Virus record (IMG/VR): IMGVR_UViG_3300044712_002668
Coordinates: 186,001 to 250,000 of that record
Reading direction: 5' to 3' (one strand)
DNA length: 64,000 nt
Position numbers and translations under genes: made by a program. Below are positions 25,978-31,523 of this stretch, piece by piece (position 1 is the first letter of the stretch; every line of letters begins with the position of its first letter). The notes under the pieces were generated by a model. That model saw only the letters and a list, made by a program, of their open reading frames with translations, was not told where the DNA came from and did not search any database.

Positions 25978-26033
25978 AAATCTTGTTGAGGAATCGAACC
26001 CCCTTGTGCGCACTGCCAGTCCAGGCCAAGATT
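25978..26033 (-). ncRNA. 56-nt tRNA-like RNA lacking an anticodon arm
   Basis: AATCTTG/CAAGATT acceptor, T arm GGGG-TTCGATT-CCTC, middle only TGCGCA. Confidence 0.55.
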
Positions 26034-26036
26034 CTG

Positions 26037-26124
26037 TGCCTCTGGAGGGATTCGAACCCTCAAGCTCTTATATTGAGCGGCAGTTTTTGAAACTGCTGTG
26101 TATACCAAATTCCACCACATAGGC
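26037..26124 (-). tRNA. tRNA-Leu(CAA)
   Basis: GCAGT-TTCAAAA-ACTGC, long variable arm. Confidence 0.88.
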
Positions 26125-26130
26125 AAAAAC

Positions 26131-26308
26131 GGGGCTGCTCTACCGTTGAGCTACTCAACCTGTATTCAAACATTTCTTCGAACGGCACCTTCGCAAAGTG
26201 ATATCCCTTTGCACTCCAGGCTTTAGCTTACGCTTAACGTTGAGAGGAAATTGCCTTCCCAGGACTGTCATACATGTTGATACTGGATTCGAACCAGTGA
26301 CCAACCCC
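26131..26308 (-). ncRNA. circularly permuted tRNA-like gene without scaffold
   Basis: 3' half 26275-26308 precedes 5' half 26131-26160; GTTGA/TCAAC and GCCCC/GGGGT pair across the halves. Confidence 0.65.
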
Positions 26309-26312
26309 TCAG

Positions 26313-26386
26313 TACCGCAAAGTGGACTCGAACCACCATCCTTTTTCTTATGAGGAAAACGCTCAAACCAATTGAGCTATTGCGGT
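26313..26386 (-). tRNA. tRNA-Met(CAT)
   Basis: ACCGCAA/TTGCGGT, TTTTC-CTCATAA-GAAAA. Confidence 0.88.
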
Positions 26387-26391
26387 ATATA

Positions 26392-26496
26392 ATAGCGAAA
26401 ATGGTGTGACAAATGGGAACCGTCCCGTATTTAGGCCCGGAGTCGAACCGATGCCCTCCAATTTTGGCGGAGATGAAATGTCACGAACGCGCTACT
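26392..26496 (-). ncRNA. scaffold RNA copy 2 (degenerate T-arm cargo)
   Basis: UAGC-GCG...GACA-UUUCAUC...UGUC...UUUC-GCUA. Confidence 0.75.
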
Positions 26497-26498
26497 AG

Positions 26499-26581
26499 TG
26501 CCATTGACAGGATTCGAACCTGCATGAGAAAACTCGTCACGTTCTTAGCGTGATATGTATACCAAATTCCATCACAATGGC
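26499..26581 (-). tRNA. tRNA-Leu(AAG)
   Basis: TCACG-CTAAGAA-CGTGA, Leu-type D arm and variable arm. Confidence 0.85.
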
Positions 26582-26586
26582 ATGAA

Positions 26587-26760
26587 GATAACGAAAAGAT
26601 TGTCAGACGGGGTTTTTGCACTAGCCTCCCCGATGATTGTAAATTGAGACTTATTTACTACTAGCAAAACTAGCATCTCAATTTTGGTCGGGGCCGGGAA
26701 TCGCACCACGGTTTCTGTATTTTTCTGATATAGATGAACCATCCAACTATGCGCGTTATC
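26587..26760 (-). ncRNA. scaffold RNA copy 3 carrying a permuted tRNA-Pro-like cargo
   Basis: GAUAAC-GCG...GAUGG-UUCAUC; T arm + CCCCGACCA, hairpin linker, then UCGGGG. Confidence 0.75.
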
Positions 26761-26762
26761 TG

Positions 26763-26845
26763 TGCCGTCAACAGGACTCGAACCTGCATGAGAAATCTCG
26801 ATAGTTTTTAAAACTATTGTGTATACCAAATTCCACCATAACGGC
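26763..26845 (-). tRNA. tRNA-Leu(TAA)
   Basis: ATAGT-TTTAAAA-ACTAT. Confidence 0.9.
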
Positions 26846-26852
26846 TAAAATT

Positions 26853-27060
26853 AAAACAACGAAAAGGGCTCAGACGAAGTTTTTCCAGCATCCGGCCACC
26901 GCAAAAAGCATATTTTAGTTTCGGTTATGTTTCCGAACTCATCTCATCTCTGTCATTCCTGAATAGAAATCGGGGATGAGTACCGCGCGGCGTAAGGGAG
27001 TCGAACCCTCATCGTTTGATTCGTAGTTCAAGATGAATCGTCCAAAAATCGCGTTGTTTT
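26853..27060 (-). ncRNA. scaffold RNA copy 4 carrying a permuted tRNA-Arg(ACG)-like cargo
   Basis: AACAAC-GCG...GACGA-UUCAUC; CU-ACG-AA loop, T arm, ACGCCGC, linker, GCGGUG. Confidence 0.75.
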
Positions 27061-27063
27061 TAG

Positions 27064-27139
27064 ATGCGGGTCTTGGATTTGAACCAAGGGAACTAGGCTT
27101 ATGAGACCCAGGAGTTAGGCCGGACTACTCTAACCCGCA
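27064..27139 (-). tRNA. tRNA-Met(CAT), initiator-like
   Basis: TGCGGGT/ACCCGCA, TGGGT-CTCATAA-GCCTA, fMet-like D arm GAGT/ACTC. Confidence 0.82.
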
Positions 27140-27146
27140 ATAATGT

Positions 27147-27268
27147 AAGTAACGTAAAGATCGAGACCCTACATGCCCACATGGGCGATTCCCCAGGTAA
27201 AGAACCTCGAAAGGTTCGGCGGGGAATTAAGTTTCGAGCTTAGATGAAAGATCCCTAACGCGTTACTT
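27147..27268 (-). ncRNA. scaffold RNA copy 5 (structured non-tRNA cargo)
   Basis: AAGUAAC-GCG...GAUC-UUUCAUC...GGUC...UUAC-GUUACUU. Confidence 0.75.
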
Positions 27269-27305
27269 GGTATAACATATAACATTATATTATATGTTAT
27301 TTAGA

Positions 27306-27427
27306 AACAACGAAATTATATTGACAATGGGCCGGTATTTTTAGCACCGTTCTCCTTTGACCCAGACCGGAATTGAACCGGTTCTCGCCCTAATTTTTGA
27401 TGGATGTAATGTCAATAGCGCGTTGTT
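27306..27427 (-). ncRNA. scaffold RNA copy 6 (T arm plus acceptor-strand cargo)
   Basis: AACAAC-GCG...GACA-UUACAUC...ACCGG-UUCAAUU-CCGGU...UGUC...UUUC-GUUGUU. Confidence 0.75.
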
Positions 27428-27429
27428 AG

Positions 27430-27502
27430 TCTCCCAGGAAGGATTTAAACCTCCGGCCTAAACGTTCGTAGCGTTCCGCTCTATTCGCTGAGCTACTGGG
27501 AG
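27430..27502 (-). tRNA. tRNA-Arg(ACG)
   Basis: CTCCCAG/CTGGGAG, GAACG-CTACGAA-CGTTT. Confidence 0.88.
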
Positions 27503-27867
27503 AATTTATATAAATCTCTATCATTGCCTTTTTTACAAAGTACAAACCCTAACTTTGTATGTGACTTTATCGATGCAATATTATCATGTTTTATAATTGC
27601 GTATAAATGATCCAACTTTTCTGTTTTTATCAGCTCATCATACATTATATTTGAATATCCTTTACCTCTATATTCTGGTTTTATTTCAATATGAGAGCAC
27701 TTTTTACCATCGTATTCAAACACACCAACTTCACCTATTTGTTTATCATTACTGTAAACTGAATATAAATGACCTGGCAGATTATATATAGTATTGCCAA
27801 CAAGTTTTAATTGGGTTTTAATTGACGCTTGTTTGTAATAAATGTTTATATAATCATCAAGATACAT
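27493..27867 (-). CDS. GNAT-family acetyltransferase
   Basis: IEIKPEYRGKGYS acetyl-CoA motif, NIASIKSHTKLGF. Confidence 0.85.
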   Translation of the reverse strand: MYLDDYINIYYKQASIKTQLKLVGNTIYNLPGHLYSVYSNDKQIGEVGVFEYDGKKCSHIEIKPEYRGKGYSNIMYDELIKTEKLDHLYAIIKHDNIASIKSHTKLGFVLCKKGNDRDLYKFSQ

Positions 27868-27900
27868 ATTGTAAAGTTACAAAAATATGCATATAACAGG

Positions 27901-27983
27901 CTCCTGAGGAAAGACTCGAACTTCCATAATCCTTACGGATGACACGTTAACAGCGTGCTGCATTACCATTATGCTACCCAGGA
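27901..27983 (-). tRNA. tRNA-Asn(GTT) with long variable arm
   Basis: TCCTGGG/CTCAGGA-G73, GCACG-CTGTTAA-CGTGT, extra arm ATCC-GTAA-GGAT. Confidence 0.8.
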
Positions 27984-27988
27984 ATAAA

Positions 27989-28130
27989 CTTGACGAAAAG
28001 CTTGAAGACCATTTTTTTTCGCGCTTTACTATTAAGCTATATGAGCAAGAGTTTGATTTGCGCTCATATCGGGACTTGCACCCGAAACTTCGTCATTAAC
28101 AGTGATGAACGATCTTCTAATCGCGTCAAG
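27989..28130 (-). ncRNA. scaffold RNA copy 7 carrying a circularly permuted tRNA-Asn(GUU)
   Basis: cargo 28020-28105; joining CG|UCA gives an unbroken cloverleaf. Confidence 0.85.
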
Positions 28131-28132
28131 AG

Positions 28133-28205
28133 CGATCTGGACGGGAGTTGAACCCGCACAATACACTTCGACAGAGTGTTGCACTACCAATTGTGCTACC
28201 AGACC
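28133..28205 (-). tRNA. tRNA-Asp(GTC)
   Basis: ACACT-CTGTCGA-AGTGT, G73. Confidence 0.9.
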
Positions 28206-28210
28206 AAACG

Positions 28211-28285
28211 TGGGTTATCCCGGTAACGATCCGGGGAATTCTTCTACTTAAGAGGTAGTTGCTGTTCCATTCTAGCTTATAACCC
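28211..28285 (-). tRNA. tRNA-Lys(CTT)
   Basis: GGGTTAT/ATAACCC, CTAC-CTCTTAA-GTAG; T loop ATCGTTA. Confidence 0.8.
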
Positions 28286-28289
28286 ATAA

Positions 28290-28369
28290 CTTAACGAAAA
28301 TGTAAAAGACCTTTTTGTTTTTTAATTTTTCATATTAATTTTAGATGAAAGATCCTTCAGCGCGTTAAG
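28290..28369 (-). ncRNA. scaffold RNA copy 8 (minimal AU-rich cargo)
   Basis: CUUAAC-GCG...GAUC-UUUCAUC-(about 30 nt AU-rich)-GGUC...UUUC-GUUAAG. Confidence 0.75.
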
Positions 28370-28371
28370 AG

Positions 28372-28446
28372 TGGGCCCAGCCGGTAACGATCCGGCGAAT
28401 TCTTCTGCTTAAAAGGCAGCTGCTGTTCCATTCTAGCTTTAGGCCC
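28372..28446 (-). tRNA. tRNA-Lys(TTT)
   Basis: GGGCCTA/TGGGCCC, CTGC-CTTTTAA-GCAG; T loop ATCGTTA. Confidence 0.8.
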
Positions 28447-28452
28447 AATATG

Positions 28453-28568
28453 ATATGACGAAAAATTAATGACCTGTTTTTTCAGCGGGACTTGAACCCA
28501 CAAATGTTTCCGTATAGGGGAAATGCTTTAACCAATTTAGCGATGAAAGGTCATTCAGCGCGTCATAT
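28453..28568 (-). ncRNA. scaffold RNA copy 9 carrying an acceptor-less tRNA body (UAU)
   Basis: D arm, UUUCC-CCUAUAC-GGAAA and T arm lie directly between UUUCAUC and GGUC. Confidence 0.75.
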
Positions 28569-28644
28569 TGGTCCCGTCCCCTGGTTTCGCGCCAGGCTCC
28601 CTTGCTCTTCAGGCAAATGCTTTCACTAGATTAGCTTAGACGGG
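28569..28644 (-). tRNA. tRNA-Phe(GAA)
   Basis: TTTGC-CTGAAGA-GCAAG, encoded CCA; T loop CGCGAAA. Confidence 0.82.
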
Positions 28645-28652
28645 ATAATAGT

Positions 28653-28808
28653 AGATAACGAAAAATTGAAAAACCCTTTTTTACGCGCTCTGACCAACTG
28701 AGCTATCTGCCTATTTTGGGTTCAATTAAGAACCTTGTAGGCAGAATTGGATTCGAACCAATGACATCGTCCTTATAATGGATGAAAGATTTTTCTACCG
28801 CGTTATCT
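28653..28808 (-). ncRNA. scaffold RNA copy 10 carrying a circularly permuted tRNA-Ile(UAU)
   Basis: cargo 28684-28782; joining CG|UCC restores CGUCC/GGACG. Confidence 0.82.
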
Positions 28809-28809
28809 G

Positions 28810-28894
28810 TGGGGCTGATAGGATTCGAACCTACTAGGCCAATCGGCCGACAGTTTTACAGACTGTTGCAACTCTCCCGCTTTGCCGCAACCCC
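28810..28894 (-). tRNA. tRNA-Tyr(GTA)
   Basis: ACAGT-CTGTAAA-ACTGT, long variable arm. Confidence 0.9.
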
Positions 28895-28949
28895 ATAAAT
28901 AAATTCAGTTTTCAGTGATCAATGTTTTCTTTCTGCTTTTTTAGCAGAG

Positions 28950-29020
28950 CAGGCCCCTCCCGATTCGAACGGGAATTCACAGACTTGGAAACTATGCGGT
29001 TACCATTACCTCAGAGACCC
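28950..29020 (-). tRNA. tRNA-Trp(CCA)
   Basis: GGGTCTC/GGGGCCT-G73, ATAGT-TTCCAAG-TCTGT. Confidence 0.75.
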
Positions 29021-29159
29021 ATTTATCATATTGTCTTCTTTTCTTATTTGATTGTTTCTTGTATGCCCTCTTCGCTTCTCGTTCTTCTTTCTTTGTTCTA
29101 TAATTTCTTTTTAATGTTTTTTCTTTCAACCACTTTAGATCATTTTCCAACTCATCCAT
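28992..29159 (-). CDS. small basic hypothetical protein (not in the supplied track)
   Basis: 55-aa ORF MDELENDLKW...KRAYKKQSNKKRRQ; stop lies inside tRNA-Trp. Confidence 0.45.
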   Translation of the reverse strand: MDELENDLKWLKEKTLKRNYRTKKEEREAKRAYKKQSNKKRRQYDKWVSEVMVTA

Positions 29160-29474
29160 TCAAAACCCCTTTAAGCACTAAAACCAGCTTCGCTTTCGCT
29201 CTGCTGGTTTTATGATCCTAAAAAGGTTAATCATTCAACAGAGCGAACTTCGGTATCTATTAAAATTATCCCAATGACGATAATCTCCCATAGAAGCATC
29301 ACGCTTCTCTTGGAGGTTTACTTTTGATAACTGTTTAATAGACATAATGATCTCGTTCGTGTGATAATATACCCAGCTATGCGTAGACCGTCAAGAAAAA
29401 TTCGTCACTACCTCAAAAAAATCGTATCCACCGAGCAATCCTGCCAATCTACGCATCTTTTGATACTTTCATAT

Positions 29475-29756
29475 ATGGCAAAACCATCAAACAAAATTCA
29501 AAGATTTGCTTTATCTGTAAAAAATAAGCAGGATGAACTTGATATTGAAATAGCCAAGAAGCGTGAGCTGTCTCGACACCTTCTTTCAAAAGATGATGAA
29601 GATATTTCCAACATTATAGATGTTCCAAATTTAGAAGAAGATAAAGATGAAGGAAATCCAGAAGAAGATGTTTCAAATATTTTTGATGAAGGACAAGGAG
29701 AAGAAGTTCTTGTAAATAAAATGGCACAATATTTATCTTTAAAAAGGTATAAATGA
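29475..29756 (+). CDS. acidic hypothetical protein
   Basis: start placed at MAKPSNKIQRFA; overlaps the next start. Confidence 0.55.
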   Translation: MAKPSNKIQRFALSVKNKQDELDIEIAKKRELSRHLLSKDDEDISNIIDVPNLEEDKDEGNPEEDVSNIFDEGQGEEVLVNKMAQYLSLKRYK

Positions 29757-30370
29757 GTTCTATAAATGGATCAATATCTGTTCCTGGTGCATTGATACTG
29801 GTAAATAATGATTTATCAAGTACAATACAATCTCGTTTAATGACTCAATTATATATAGATGAGGCAATTACTGGAACAGAATTTGATGCTAGAATGATAG
29901 CAGATCCTAATTACGCCCATAATGTTAGAGTTCTAAGAAATAGAATAATGGTAATACGAAGCTTTCAAGATAGTTTTGACAGATCACCTTTTGATGTGGT
30001 TATATTTGTAAAGTTTGCATTAGCTTCAATAGAGAAAAATTGCTTCGGCCCACCACATCAAACTTTTCAAATAAAAAATTTGTACTGGGGTCAATTGTGT
30101 ATCCATGATATCGATACTACAAGATCTTGCCAAAATAAAGCTTGCGGTTGCTACACCGGACAATGTCCCCAAAATAGTTGCTGTACCCCTTGTAATACAA
30201 ATGGCCCTCTATATCCAGATCCTAACCCATTCCTTCCAAAAGATTATAACAAATACCATCCATTCTCATCACAACCTAATTGTGGATGTTGTAATGAAAA
30301 CCGCCCAAGAGAACTATGGTGTACCGCCGATGGTTGTGTTCCCTATATAGATATACCTCTCAAGAAATAA
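29753..30370 (+). CDS. hypothetical protein with Cys-rich C-terminus
   Basis: 205 aa; about 12 Cys in the last 95 aa. Confidence 0.6.
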   Translation: MSSINGSISVPGALILVNNDLSSTIQSRLMTQLYIDEAITGTEFDARMIADPNYAHNVRVLRNRIMVIRSFQDSFDRSPFDVVIFVKFALASIEKNCFGPPHQTFQIKNLYWGQLCIHDIDTTRSCQNKACGCYTGQCPQNSCCTPCNTNGPLYPDPNPFLPKDYNKYHPFSSQPNCGCCNENRPRELWCTADGCVPYIDIPLKK

Positions 30371-30938
30371 ATGTTGGTATCTTTATACAACACTCATTTA
30401 TCTTATTAAATAATTTGTTTTCCCATTGATACTTTACAGTGTCAGTAGAAACATATGGCATATACATTTGACGGAATGAATCAACATTATTTTTAAGACT
30501 AGAAACTTTATATTTCAGATTATTATTATCAGTAGTGTTGGTTGTGGTAGCATCAAGAGCACCTGGAGCAGGGGGAGTAGATGAGGTTGCCGGGGTGTTT
30601 TCTGGGGTACTAGGGGTTTGGGCATTAGGGTCTATGACAGGAGTTGTAGGAAGGGATTGAACACCAACAGATTTTAATATACCCACCGCTGACTCTTTGA
30701 GATTCTTTGCTAATCTCAGAGCTTCCGGGTTTGTTATTTTATTAGAATAGTTTTTTGTTTGATTTGCTACATCTTGATTTTTTTGAACATATTTCAATAA
30801 ATCATCAAGCTGTTGAGCCAACACCATTGTCCAGTTTTTCAACTGCATGGCGGAAGTAGCGTTAACAGCTTTAATATACAACTCAGCAAATTTCTCAACT
30901 CTCATATCATTATAAGTAAAATTTACCATGTTAAACAA
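30360..30938 (-). CDS. hypothetical protein
   Basis: 192-aa ORF with a Thr/Pro-rich linker. Confidence 0.6.
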   Translation of the reverse strand: MFNMVNFTYNDMRVEKFAELYIKAVNATSAMQLKNWTMVLAQQLDDLLKYVQKNQDVANQTKNYSNKITNPEALRLAKNLKESAVGILKSVGVQSLPTTPVIDPNAQTPSTPENTPATSSTPPAPGALDATTTNTTDNNNLKYKVSSLKNNVDSFRQMYMPYVSTDTVKYQWENKLFNKINECCIKIPTFIS

Positions 30939-30960
30939 AAAAGCCCTCTTGCGAGGGCTT
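30937..30960 (-). terminator. rho-independent terminator
   Basis: AGCCCTC-GCAA-GAGGGCT plus TTTTT. Confidence 0.8.
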
Positions 30961-30983
30961 TCGGAGAAAATACGTTGTCTACT

Positions 30984-31523
30984 CTACTGTAGCCTTGGAT
31001 CAAACTTCCAGATCAACTTCTTTCCACCTTTGTATCCAGGTGGAGGAGTGACTTCTTCTGGCTTACAAGTATCCCTGAGATGAGCATATAGTTTCTGATA
31101 GTTGATATCAGGCTGATTCAAAGCATCTTTGATTTCATTGATGCTCATGGGTTTCTTTGATAGAAGCGCCTTGATCTTATCCACTGGCAATGGCGGATAT
31201 ACCTTTGATTTCTTCTTCTCACCCCTGCGCTTTTCTACTTGCCTTACATTGACAGAGGAACTTATACCCTTCAATGTCTTGGCCGCTTCCATCATCTTTA
31301 TAGCTTGCTCGCCAATAAAGTTGATGACCTTCTCCCTGAATTGAGAATCATTCAACCACTTGGAAGTGAATTGGGCTTCTGCAATATGAGTTGGAATCTC
31401 AGCCCCTTCTACCATCCAATTGGTATCTTCCCACATCAAATCCCAAATTCCACTTTTTTGAAAAGTGTTAAAAAGAATATCTTTGATATTGAGAAAAGCT
31501 TGATTCTCATGCTGCGAAGACAT
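30984..31523 (-). CDS. hypothetical protein, possible C-terminal winged helix
   Basis: KALLSKKPMSINEIKDAL...YQKLYAHL pattern. Confidence 0.5.
   Translation of the reverse strand: MSSQHENQAFLNIKDILFNTFQKSGIWDLMWEDTNWMVEGAEIPTHIAEAQFTSKWLNDSQFREKVINFIGEQAIKMMEAAKTLKGISSSVNVRQVEKRRGEKKKSKVYPPLPVDKIKALLSKKPMSINEIKDALNQPDINYQKLYAHLRDTCKPEEVTPPPGYKGGKKLIWKFDPRLQ

Noticed and set aside
27989-28130. Bulge-helix-bulge splice motif at the permuted junctions
   Set aside because: A 4-bp AGCG/CGUU helix can be drawn in copy 7, but the equivalent pairing fails in copies 1 and 10 and the flanking helices are missing.
16220-28808. Scaffold as a hammerhead, hairpin or HDV-like (theta) ribozyme, or a group I/II intron
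   Set aside because: GATGA and GAAA appear only on the non-tRNA strand and in the wrong order for a hammerhead. GUC is base-paired, so there is no hairpin loop A. There is no nested double pseudoknot, no omega-G or P7, and no GUGYG/domain V.
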